64,000 bases of DNA, from contig NC_042997.1 of assembly GCF_006345805.1 (NCBI RefSeq), positions 106,950,001-107,014,000 on the forward strand. The letters run 5' to 3'. Within the stretch, counting starts at the first letter, position 1; each line of letters starts with the position of its first letter. This document shows, piece by piece, positions 11,954 through 22,887 of this stretch. The notes beneath the pieces were generated by a model that was not told the origin of the DNA, searched no databases, and worked only from the letters and a program-made list of their open reading frames with translations. The position numbers were made by a program, and so were the translations under genes. This DNA is from Octopus sinensis. Its lineage: Eukaryota.

Positions 11954-12590
11954 TTATTAACTTGCATTCATCGTTCGTTTATCCATTTGACAACTGTTAA
12001 TACAGTAATACCGAAGCCTTTAAAAAGGCACTGCTTCTAAACTCGAAAGGTCAGAAAGTCCAATGTGTTATATAAATTTTTATTTTTTACTTGCTGTTTC
12101 GCTTTCAAAGATGAAATGTATTTTTATTTTAGGATTGACCTCTTCATGAAAAGATAAGTTAATATTAGTGTGGTTAATGTCAAATGTGAAGTCTCTATAC
12201 TTTAGCAGAAAGAATAAAATGTGCTTCAATACAAGTATTAATTTCTTGATATTACATACATGAAATATCTTTTCACTTCAAACATTACAGTCATTTCAAT
12301 TATTATTGTTGTTGTTGTTGCTGTTGCTGCTGCTGTTGTTGTTGTTAAAAATTTAGATCTCTTTTATCTTTTTATATTTCATATCGTGAAGAAGTTTGCT
12401 TAAATAGAAGTTCTATATGTTGAACTCAAACGAGTAACATTTTGTTTCTTTTCTCTAGATGCAAAGATCCTATGATTTAGAGACAGGAAATATCAGTTTG
12501 TAATGTTTATCATGCCTTTGTAAAATACCTAAGAGAAGTGAATTTATTGATTTCTTCTAGAATTGAAACTTTGCTATATTCTTCTTCCAG

Positions 12591-12656
12591 ATTATGCCAA
12601 CCGTCTCAAGCTGCACCAACCAGTCAATAATTCTGTTCTGTATTTAGTCATAGAAG
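12591..12656 (+). CDS. Candidate 66-bp symmetric (phase 1-1) coding exon, xYANRLKLHQPVNNSVLYLVIE
   Basis: Polypyrimidine acceptor TATTCTTCTTCCAG| and strong donor AAG|GTGAGC; length divisible by 3; only the phase-1 frame is open. Confidence 0.55.
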
Positions 12657-12717
12657 GTGAGCTTTGAGGCAGGTTTCTTTCATCCCTTCTCTCAGAAATT
12701 TTAATCTTTTCTTCTCC

Positions 12718-13075
12718 ATACATAGCAGCATGGTAAAAAGTTTGTTTTCCAAACATGTGGTTTCGGGTTCAATCCCTCTATGTGGCACCATGGACAAGTC
12801 TCATCTACTGTAGCCCTGGGCTGACCCAAGCCTTGTAACTGGATTTGATAGACAGAAACTGAAAGAAGCTCATCCTGTGTGTGTGTATCCCTACTCACAC
12901 AGCTTAACTGGTGCTGGTTTATTCACATCCTCATAACTTACCAGTTCAACAAAAGAAACCGACAGAATAAGTACCAGACTTTAAAAAATAAGTGCTGGGG
13001 TCGATTTGTTTGACTAAAACCCTTCAAAGCAGTGCCCCAGCATGGCCGCAATCAAATGACTGAAGCAAGTAAAAG
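12718..13075 (+). mobile_element. tRNA-derived SINE, family B
   Basis: B-box-like GGTTCAATCC, central (TG)n, tail GGGGTCGATTTGTTTGACTAAAACCCTTCAAAG...CCAGCATGGCCGCA.TCAAATGACTGAA.CAAGTAAAAGA. Confidence 0.8.
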
Positions 13076-13767
13076 ATAGAAGATAATAAAAGATATTAGT
13101 AATTAATGTTACAGAGCAATTAATTTTCCTATGATAATACTTCTATAGACATTAGGTGTTTTTTCTAAGTTAGATTTCATACCAACTCTATCTGACAAGC
13201 CAGAGCATGAATCAACAATAGCTGACGCATCTACCACTACCAAAGCTCCTTTTATAATGATCATGAAATAAACATTTCAAATTTAGCAACTAGATTTCTA
13301 GCTTGTAAAGATTCCATTCTCTCTTTTTTTTTTTTTTTCTAAGTGTATAAATAAAATAAGTAAAAGTAAACGATAATGAATGCAACAACCATCATTCAGG
13401 TGAAACTTTTCATAGAGACGTTAACAAAACATTAGGAGAAAATATAGGATTTCAAAGGAAAATAATCGTGTTAGCCAATGTTTTTGTTCTCGTTACGGAA
13501 TCTTTTGTAAATGAAGTGTAATTATAGTACGAAAAGGCTGCCTCGAATATCTTTATTTAATGACAGCTGAATAAAACCGCAGTGTGAAACCTTAAACTAA
13601 TGACTAGAGAGAGAGAGACGTGGGGAGGGAGAAAGAACGTTTCTCAATTCTTCAAGAGAGGAAACAAATATGTGTGCTATAAGTTTATGATATGGTACAT
13701 AAAATGAATTAATTACTGTATGAATCTTTGCAGCAGCAATAATAATAATAATAATAATAATAATAAT

Positions 13768-13980
13768 CCCTTCCACTATAGGCACAAGACTTGGAATTTG
13801 TGGGGAGAGGGATATTCGATCATATCAACCTCAGTACTTGACTGATACTTAATTTATCGACTTCGAAAGGATGAAAGGCAAAGTCGACCTCGGTGGAATT
13901 TGAACTCAGAATGTAGCAATGGGCAAAATACCATTAAGAATTTCATCCTGCATATTAATGATTCTGTCAGTTCGCCACTT
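13768..13980 (-). mobile_element. tRNA-derived SINE, family A ((ATT)n tail)
   Basis: Reverse complement has head AAGTGGCGAACTGACAGAATC, B box GAGTTCAAATTCC, core CCTTTCATCCTTTCG..GTCGATAAATTAAGTA and tail CTTGTGCCTATAGTGGAAGGG(ATT)n. Confidence 0.85.
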
Positions 13981-14050
13981 AATAATAGCAGTAGTAGTAG
14001 TAATAATAATAATAATAATAATAGTAATAATAATAATAACAATAATAATA

Positions 14051-15562
14051 AGGATTTCATTTATTTGCCACAAGGGCGAAGAATGAGGGGGACAATACGA
14101 AGACAGACATAAAGTGTGGGAGTTGACATACAATGAAATGATAAAATAAAAAAGAAAAGAAAGTAAGTATACACTGACAAACAAAGGACATATGCATAGC
14201 ATACAAAGGTTTTTAAAAAAAAGTGGCAAGGTGGAAGATAGAGATGTGACCCTCCTGATACCGGAAGGTTTCTTGGGATAATCAAGGAACCCCACTGTCC
14301 GAGATTTCCCTGAAACCCCAAGAGTAAGTGCCCTCTCTAATACCTTCTCTCTGACTCACAGGTTTACACTTTCTAGCTTGCTATTTTCACAACTTGCACC
14401 CACCTTTCAATAAACTCACTCAAGGGCGGCACTTCCTTCTCCACTCTCAGTTTCCTTTTCAAGAGAAACTTGAAGAAGTTAATGAGAGCTCTACTAAAGA
14501 GGAATGTATCTGCCCTCATGCCTTTCAGCCTTGTCCACCAAACAACTCTTTTGCCACAGCCACCAAGCAAAAGAAAACTGCCTTGCCTGCCCAATTGAAA
14601 GAGGGCAGTGGTGCAATTGTCACTACAGACTCATCCAACACACAGATCCATCCCACATGTGACAGCAGCTGTTCGACATAACCTCACAAGTCAGCAATGC
14701 CTGGACACTGAACGAAGGCATGTGGAACGGTTTTGTCACTCTGCACGCACCTCAAACAAGCTCGTCTGACAGCACATCCATACCTATAGAATTTATCTTG
14801 AACCATTAGCGCCTTTCAGCAGCACTGCCAGGCCAAGGACATCTGGAAATTATCCATGAAAAATTCCCGACCGGAAAATCTTCCATAACAGTTCATTCTT
14901 GTCAGCATCCAGAGTTTTCCCAAATATGTTGTCGCACTTCCCTGCCACTAATCCTCCATAAATTTCTAAAGTGGAACATCCACCAATCTCATTGCCCAGC
15001 TGGTAGAGGGCTGTGGGTGCCTGACAACATTCTAGGTGGCAGGCACCCAGTCTCAATCTTTTCTTCACCCAGGACTGCAGCTCCATCAAAGAGATGAGCT
15101 GCGGAAAGACGAGCCTCACAAACGGAACCCACATACGCTCACCATCCAGAAACATTGCAGGAGGCATAACCTATGAGTGTGTCTGCGCATTAGGAGCCAC
15201 GACATACCACTCAGAGGATGCTGGCAAAAGACTGACCACCTAACCATTGGAACGTGTCCCTTCCACAAGAATTTAGATAAGAGACACTCCAACCTTGTCA
15301 AGCCGTAACTAAAACAAGGCACGACAGGCGATAAATGATAGCTGAGGCAATGTAAGTATTTGCCACCTCTATCCAACCATTTGGAGACACCTTCCTCTCA
15401 GCCCATTTCTGGGTAAGACAGGACACCCTCTTCACCACCTCATCCCAGTTCTTATCAACCTGGAGGTTGAGACCAAACTAAACACCAAGCAGTTTAACTG
15501 GTCTGTCGGTCCAGCGTTCAACGATGCTGTCCAATGGCACCGTCCTGCCTCTCCAAGAGCCC
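14051..15562 (-). mobile_element. Tx1/L1-clade LINE, 5'-truncated, frameshifted (copy 1)
   Basis: Broken ORFs (14373-14594, 14850-15167, 15116-15376) are collinear with the 400-aa ORF at 16436; 3' end CCCTTGTGGCAAATAAATGAAATCC(TTA)n. Confidence 0.9.
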
Positions 15563-15604
15563 AATAATAATAATAATAATTATTATTATTATTATAAATA
15601 ATTA

Positions 15605-15820
15605 TCTTTTCTACTGAAGGCATAAGACCTAGAATTTGAGGGGAAGAAGACAGCCAAACACATCAACCCCTGTACTCGACTGGGACTTAATTTATTGACC
15701 CTGAAATGGTGAAAGGCAAAGTTGACCTTCACAGAATTTGAACTCAGAACATGAAGACAGACGAAATACTGCTAAGCATTTTCGCTTGGCATGTTACTGA
15801 TTCTGCCAGCTCACTGCCTT
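15605..15820 (-). mobile_element. Family-A SINE
   Basis: Same head, B box and core as 13768-13980; flanked by (AAT)n. Confidence 0.85.
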
Positions 15821-15837
15821 AGTAATAATAATAATAA

Positions 15838-16040
15838 TCATTTCTATTAAAAGCACAAGGTCTGAAATTTTGGGTAGGGGACTAGTCGATTACATCGATC
15901 CCAGTGTTTCACTGGTACTTAATTTATCGATCCTGAAAGGATGAAAGGCAAAGTTGACTTCAGCAGAATTTGAACTCAGATCGTAAAGATGGATGAAATG
16001 CTGCTAAGCATTTTGTCCGGTGTGCTAATGATTCTGCCAA
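15838..16040 (-). mobile_element. Family-A SINE, 5' end slightly clipped
   Basis: GACTAGTCGATTACATCGATCCCAGTG...GAATTTGAACTCAG...GATTCTGCC. Confidence 0.85.
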
Positions 16041-16060
16041 TATTATAATAATAATAATAA

Positions 16061-16126
16061 AGGTTTCAAATTTTGGCACAAGGCATTTCACCTGGTATTC
16101 TAACAATTCTGCCAGCTCACCACCTC
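16061..16126 (-). mobile_element. 66-bp internally deleted family-A SINE (head fused to tail)
   Basis: Reverse complement GAGGTGGTGAGCTGGCAGAATTGTTAGAATACCAGGTGAAATGC|CTTGTGCCAAAATTTGAAACC(TTA)n. Confidence 0.7.
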
Positions 16127-16150
16127 AATAATAATAATAATAATAATAAT

Positions 16151-17608
16151 CAATTCTTTTTTATTGGCCACAAGGGCTGACACGCATGATTACATAAAGG
16201 GACAAGACAGGACGAAAGGTTACAAAGGGTTTTGCCGTTTTTTTTTAAAAACATCGAGTAAAAATCTTTATAACAAACTATTAAAATTCAACAATGAAAA
16301 ACTCCCAAAAGGGGGAGACGTCTCGAAAGGTTCCTGGTGGAAAAAACCCTACAAAAGCCAACGGGAGCCTGGTCAAAAAAAGGGGGTGTAGAGAGTCCCC
16401 TTTCTTCTCCTTTTACATTACCTTTTTCTTTGAAATCACAGGCGAAACCTGAGAACTGGTCCATTTATACAGGCCAGTCTCGCACAATTCACCCACCTTT
16501 CATAAAACTTGCTATCGGACAGCACTTTCCTCTCTAACCTCATCTTCCTTTTCAAGTGAAACTTGAAAAAGTTGATGAGGCCTTGACCAAAGAGGAAAGT
16601 GTCTGACTTTAGCCCTTTCAAACGAGTCCACCACACGACTTCTTTCGCCACAGCCACAAGGCACAAGAAAACGGCCTCGCCCTCCTTGTTAAAGGAGGTC
16701 GGTGGGGCAATCTTCACTATGGATTCGGCCGATAGTCGGATCCGTCCTACACGTGACAGTAGCTGTTCGACATAAACCCATATTTCAGCAATACTCGGGC
16801 ACTGGACGAGTGCGTGCAGAACGGTTTCGTCGTCCTGGCAACACCTCGGGCAGGCCCGGCTGACGGCACTTCCGTGCCGGTAGAGTTTATCTCGAACAGG
16901 CAGAGCCCCTCGGTAGCACTGCCAGGCGAGAGACCTCTGGAAATTATCCATCGGCCCCGGCCCGAAAGTCCTCCCGAACAGACCGCTCAGTTCGTCGTCT
17001 TCAACGCCTAGAGTTTCCCCGAGAACGTCGTCGCATTTTTCCTCCACTAACCCTCTATAGAACGCTAGAGTGGAGCTGTAACCGACCGCATTGCCCGCCT
17101 GGCGGAGGGCGGAGAGGGCTTGACGGCACTCGAGGTGCCAAGCGCCCTTTCTCGGTCTACGTTTGATCCAGGTCTGCAGCTCCGTCAAAGAGACGAGCTG
17201 CGGAAAATCGCGTCTGACAAAAGACGACCACACCTGTTCACCGTCTAGGAAGCGCTTGAGATGCCGCAGCCTGAGCGCATGTCTGCGCAACAGCAACCAC
17301 GGCATTCCAAGGCCTCCGTTCAGCGGTCGTTGACAGCAGATGGATCGCCTGACCAGTGGCACCTGACCCTTCCACAAAAAGTCGAAGAGCAGGCGTACCA
17401 GCTTGGCCAACCAGCGGTCGGGACAAGGGACGACGGTCAAGCGGTAATAGATGACGGATGCGATGTACGCATTCGCCACCTCCGCTCGACCTTTCAGGGA
17501 CAGCTTCCTCTCGGCCCATTTCTGGGTGAGACGTGCCACCCTGCTCGTCACCTCTTCCCAGTTCTTATCCACCTGGAGGTCCGGACCGAACCAGACCCCG
17601 AGCAGTTT
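16151..17608 (-). mobile_element. Tx1/L1-clade LINE, 5'-truncated, young (copy 2)
   Basis: Uninterrupted ORF2 3' part plus ~285-bp 3' UTR ending CCCTTGTGGCCAATAAAAAAGAATTG(ATT)n. Confidence 0.92.
16436..17608 (-). CDS. ORF2 C-terminal part of the Tx1 LINE (post-RT thumb region and CCHC zinc knuckle)
   Basis: KLLGVWFG, W.ERKLSLKGRAEV, GGLGMP, ALPVRDKL and CPRC-x-DETVLHALVQC (CCHC) are typical of L1/Tx1 ORF2. The first 10 codons of the listed ORF come from the fused SINE. Confidence 0.9.
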   Translation of the reverse strand, partial: KLLGVWFGPDLQVDKNWEEVTSRVARLTQKWAERKLSLKGRAEVANAYIASVIYYRLTVVPCPDRWLAKLVRLLFDFLWKGQVPLVRRSICCQRPLNGGLGMPWLLLRRHALRLRHLKRFLDGEQVWSSFVRRDFPQLVSLTELQTWIKRRPRKGAWHLECRQALSALRQAGNAVGYSSTLAFYRGLVEEKCDDVLGETLGVEDDELSGLFGRTFGPGPMDNFQRSLAWQCYRGALPVRDKLYRHGSAVSRACPRCCQDDETVLHALVQCPSIAEIWVYVEQLLSRVGRIRLSAESIVKIAPPTSFNKEGEAVFLCLVAVAKEVVWWTRLKGLKSDTFLFGQGLINFFKFHLKRKMRLERKVLSDSKFYERWVNCARLACINGPVLRFRL

Positions 17609-17822
17609 GATTTCAAATCTTTCTGCAAGGGTAGCCATTTTGGAGGGGGTGATGAGTCGATTACATCAACCCTAGTATTCAACTGGTACTTAATTTATTG
17701 ACCCTGAAAGGGTGAAAGGCAAAGTCGACCTTGACAGAATTTGAACTCAGAACGTAATGACAGACGAAATACTGCTAAGCATTCCATTCAGCATTCTAAT
17801 GATTCTGCCAGCTCACCGCCTT
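17609..17822 (-). mobile_element. Full-length family-A SINE joined directly to the 5' end of Tx1 copy 2
   Basis: Head AAGGCGGTGAGCTGGCAGAATC at 17822; the tail ...GATTTGAAATC runs into the LINE with no (ATT)n between. Confidence 0.85.
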
Positions 17823-17844
17823 AATAATAATAATAATAATAGTA

Positions 17845-18307
17845 TAAAAGATGGGCTATAGCAAATATTCTGCTCAATACCACAGATTTGCTTGTCAGTT
17901 GTTTGACCATAACCAGTTGACCATGTCCCTTAGTGGCTGACGATATGTGCATCTCTGATCACAAGCAGAAGTAGTGGGGGAGCATCATAGCCATGTGTTG
18001 AGAGAGATTCTTTGGGGTTTGAATAATTCACCTCTGGAAACATGGGTGGTTTTTTCAACATCCTTAAACAACCCTTATTCAGAGACCTTTTGAGTGAGAT
18101 GGACTACTCGACCAGAAGAAAATTCTAACTGGGCCCCACCTGTAAGGTCATGCACTGTTTATCTTGATATGAGATCACCATGTCGCACACATGTGGTTGT
18201 GATGCATGTACTTGGTGTACCCTTATCAGATGGGTAGTCATGATGGGTATACTGGGCTTCATATATTTTACCCCAGTGTCACTAATGGCATGCACTGTTC
18301 TCACTCA
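17845..18307. mobile_element. ~460-bp non-coding interspersed-repeat-like segment bounded by (AAT)n on both sides
   Basis: Higher GC than its flanks, with sharp (AAT)n borders; resembles a LINE UTR or SINE. Single copy in the window, so repeat status is inferred. Confidence 0.45.
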
Positions 18308-19786
18308 ATAATAATAATTCATTTTTAGAAGTGCTGGGACATGCTTTTTGCTTTTAATATCATTATATATTGTATGCCACATATTCTATTCAATTTGATT
18401 TGATGTGACAATGTTTTGTTTACTTTATTCTCTCAGTGCTGGGTGACAGGTTTTACCAAGAAGTCGACTTTCAAGTGGGCTGAGGTCAAAGCTTTAAAGA
18501 GGAAAAGCAAAATGCAATAAACAGAAATAAAAAAAAAAAGCAAAATTGGATTACTGGTGCCATTCAAACGCAGCAACTTAATTATTCTCTCTGTTTTTAT
18601 CCGATATCCAATATCTCCAATAATATTTTAATAATCTTTGTTGTCACAGCTAGATTGACATTTCAGAATAAGAAATTCAAACCACTCTAAGTGCAGCTCT
18701 ATTTATTTTTCTTTCTTTTGAAATATAAGTTCAAGTGACATTAGATTATTGTAGATGTGGAAAAACATATTTGGTCACCACCTCATCCACCTGTGAGCTC
18801 AAATTCATTGTAGATCTTTCACTGTGTTCTACATAGAAACTTATATTCTAGATGGAGTAAATTTTTACTTTTATATCTGTCTCACCCTGAAGGTACAATT
18901 TGTTTTCTTCTGTAGTTTTTGATGCATTTTAAATGGATATAACCCTCCAAGTTACTGGAAACTACTTGTTCCTTAGGTAAACTGCTGCCCCAAAGTGAGA
19001 TGGGTGTAATAAAAATTTACTAGACAGTTATCCATATCACACTAGCATATGAACCTATCACACATTATAAACACTGTAGAGAACCAATTAAATGGAATAA
19101 ATTTACTATTACATCTGTCTCACTCTGAAGGTGAAATTTATAACTGTCTCACTTTGGAGGCAAAATTTAATGCTTTCCCAATGGTTTTCAATGTATTTTG
19201 AATGAATCTGACCATTAAAGTCATCACTCATTCTTTAAATAAACAACACCTTCGAAGTGCCATCAGTGTAACAGTAAAAAATGCATCCTTCTAGTGTAAA
19301 TTTTTTTTGTTTAGTTTTTACACTAGCATGATTCAGTTTACTTTACCTGAAAAAATATATATTCGTGAATGGCAATCATTCTCTCCAGGTGAGGGCTTCA
19401 TTTTCACTCACCTAATTCTTTGAAAACTGGAACTTTGTATCAACCTTATGTATCCCTGTGATTCAGGAAAGGGTTGGGATTATATGGGACAAACAGATGC
19501 CAATATCATACCAATGGATGATGTGAACTGTAAAATAATGTTTTGACTGAATTTTTCCTTTTTTTCACACAAAACTTGTATAACGACCTTAAAATTATAG
19601 AAAATTATTATTCAACTGGAAAAGTGCAATTAGATTTTCTTAAAATGAAATTCTTTGACATCAAGTTAAAAAATATAGCTTTAAAGGCTACTTTGTCTTA
19701 TAATCTGTAAATATTATTCCATAAAGCTAATGAAATAAGATAGTAGTGATACTATTCGAGACAAACTTAACATAATGTAATATAGA

Positions 19787-19948
19787 CGCAAGTATTGCTG
19801 TGTGGTAAGAAGTTTGCTTCCCAATCACATGATTCCAGGTTCAGTCCCACAGCGTGGCACCTTGGACAAGTGTCTATTACTTTAGCCTCAAGCTGATCAA
19901 AGTCTTGTAAGTGGATTGGATTGACCAAAGCTGAAAGAACCCCATCAT

Positions 19949-20029
<81 letters not shown>

Positions 20030-20212
20030 CGTGCATTTGTCCCCCACCACTGCTTAGTGTGTTTACGTACCCGTAACTTAGGAGTTCAGCAAAAGAAACT
20101 GATAGAATAAGTACCAGGCTATAAAAAAGTTAGTACCCTGTTGATTCGTTCAACTAAAATCCTTCAACCCGGTGCTCCAGCTTGCCTGTAATCTAATGAC
20201 TGAAACAAATAG
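19787..20212 (+). mobile_element. Family-B SINE with an expanded internal (CT)n(TA)n tract
   Basis: Head GCTGTGTGGTAAGAAGTTTGCTTCCC...GGTTCAGTCCC; microsatellite at ~19950-20030; family-B tail. Confidence 0.85.
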
Positions 20213-21100
20213 AATGTAAAGATTTGCTATTGACATTCAACAAATGCACTCGCATACCTTACCAATGAACTGAACGTATTTTAACACTCAGATTGTGGTT
20301 GGCTTCTTGGCTTCTTGGTATATATATATATATACATACATATATACTTATCTCTTAAAACATTACAAAAGAACTGACGATAAATGTTTGTTTGGTTTTC
20401 TGAATTAATAAAATATAAAGACAGTTAATGATGTATAAAATGTTAAATGTTAAAGCTGGAGTCTACAAAAACTGAACATAAAACTGCGTTAGATCCAGTT
20501 TGATTTATATGGGTTTTCACATGTTTCTGAAACCCACTTAATTCTTAAACCTCTAACATAAAAGGGGTTTTTTTTTTCATTTTTCATTTTTTATTTACTT
20601 GTTTTACTTATTCATGCAGAGCGACATTAGTGGTTGCCTAGCTTTGCGAACGAAAATGTAATAACCTATTTAAAAAATGCAATAAAAAAAGTTTTAAAAT
20701 GGAGACAGAATGGAGGGTGAGATTTTGTTTCAGAGAAAAACAATTACTATAGACTTTTAATTACTCGTCAGTAACTTATTCTTGTATCATCATTTTCATA
20801 GATTTGCGAAAATCCATAAAGCCCATGATATTGTTTGCAGTGTAGTTAAATACAGAGAATGATTTAAAGCAGGTTTCTATAAAGTTTGTAATAAAATAGA
20901 CCGTCTACCATTTAACTAGCCTGTCTGGGAATTCATAACTGTTTTCTGGTTGCATTTTTATGGTAAACTGTTTCGTTTAGTGGCATTTAGAGGTAATTTA
21001 CTGCGATATCTTGAAGAGTATTTCTAATAGATAAGGTTAGTGTACCTGCTATTGAAGGTTTGAGAGCATTGACAATGTTCTGATATAATTAAGACAAGTA

Positions 21101-21290
21101 GGCGGCAAGCTAGCAGAATAATTGGAAATCGGACGAAATGCTTAGTAATATTTCATGCGACCACTGAAGTCAACTTCGTCTTTCGTCCTTTCGGGTTTGA
21201 TAAAATAAAGTGCCAGTCAAGGAATGTACTTGATGTAATCGACTTAGCCAACTCCCTCAAAATTGCTGGCTTTGTGCCAAAATTAGAAGA
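21101..21290 (+). mobile_element. Family-A SINE, decayed and internally deleted
   Basis: GGCGGCAAGCTAGCAGAAT...CCTTTCGGGTTTGATAAAATAAAG...GTAATCGACT...TTGTGCCAAAATTAGAA. Confidence 0.7.
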
Positions 21291-22435
21291 ATGAAAGTAC
21301 AAGTATGAAAGAAATTTAAGTCAAGTAAGTATAGGTGTAAATCAGGAAAATGTTAAAATTAACCATCTGCATTTATTTCAGAGTTCGTATCAGCTTTATT
21401 ACTTGTTAGCATTTATTTAATACTTTCAAACTCATCTAAATCATGTTGTTACTCTTTGCAGAGAATGTCTTTTTATTTCCTTAGTGGGTCACATCAATAT
21501 GAAATTCTTCTGCATTCATACACGAAAACTCTTTTACAAATTCAAGGGATAAATCCAGTTTGGAATGTTTAAAAAGAAATTATCAAAAAATGTGTCAAAT
21601 TATTTTATTACGTGACACTAGTTATTTATCTATCGGGTGGTGAAATTCAGGGACGATTACGACAAGGAATGCACTTTATCAATGAACAGTAAACCAGTTG
21701 CCAAACATCTAAACCTCTTCTGGACAGTATTTTATTTATTCTTGTAAATTGAACCCTGGGACAAGTTTCTCTCTTTCATAAAATTTTGTGTACCAGCTGT
21801 CTCTTTAAATAAAGTCGTTAATAATCACAAGAATACTTTGGCTGCGGCTTGCTCTGTTTTCATTTTTGTTTTTATCTTCGTTTTCGATATATGGGTCGTG
21901 GGGAGCAAGCATTTACTTATATGGTTTATGTTTATGTTATTACCATTGCTGTGCTACCCTATATATTTCCTTGCTTATAATAATATGTTTCTGTGCAGGG
22001 TCTGTCTGTTTTGCTTGCTTCTTTATTTTTTCCGTCGTCACTTCTTATGTTAGAAAGGATTTCTGCAATGTCTGAAGTACTGTTTTGACGTCACATTTCT
22101 CTTAGCGAAAGGAAGAAAATAAATTCTTGAGCGACAGCTGTTCTTGTACTTTGTTTAGAATTAGTAAATTATTAGTTCCTATAATTCGCTCGAGAGACGT
22201 TTATGACATGCACTGCTTCCTGCAAACTATGAAGATATCGAGTTAGTTTCGAATTTCACTTGGTTGCTTAGTTTCTATAGAACAACTGCTTTATTTTTTG
22301 CTTCCAACAACTGTTGACTGATACATGATGTAATAATATTTTGTTGTCTGTGGAAGTTTACATCTGTGAAGACATTAAGAAATAAGTTTGCCTAATGGTG
22401 TCTGTTTCCAGAAATGAAAAATTATGCAGCAACAG

Positions 22436-22481
<46 letters not shown>

Positions 22482-22541
22482 GATCTTTCGTTACTCATAC
22501 CGTAAGAATGCCATATAATATATATATATATATATATATAA

Positions 22542-22887
22542 CTTGTTTCAGTCATTAAACTGCGGTCATGCTGGAGCACCGCACTGAAAGGTTTAGTCGA
22601 ACAAATTGACCCAATCTGGTACTTACTTCATTGTTCTCATTTTGCCGAGACACTACATTGCGGGGACATAAACAAACCAACATCAGTTGTCAAGCGGTTG
22701 TGGGAGACAAACAGAGAGCCACACACATATATACACATACACATGACAAGCTTCATTTAGTTTCCGTTTACCAAATCCCCACCAAAGTCAGGGGTAGTGG
22801 AAGACACCCAAGATGCCATGCAGTGAGACTGAACCTGGGACCATGTGCTTGGAAAGCAAACTTCTTACCTCGCAGACACATTGTGGC

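Noticed and set aside
17609-17638. MATLAERFEI as the N-terminus of a 400-aa protein
   Set aside because: These codons are SINE tail sequence fused to a truncated LINE ORF2; not a genuine gene start.
13738-18318. Repeat-spacer-like pattern suggestive of a CRISPR array
   Set aside because: The repeats are variable-length (AAT)n tracts and the 'spacers' are 66-1500-bp retroelements; eukaryotic context and no cas genes.
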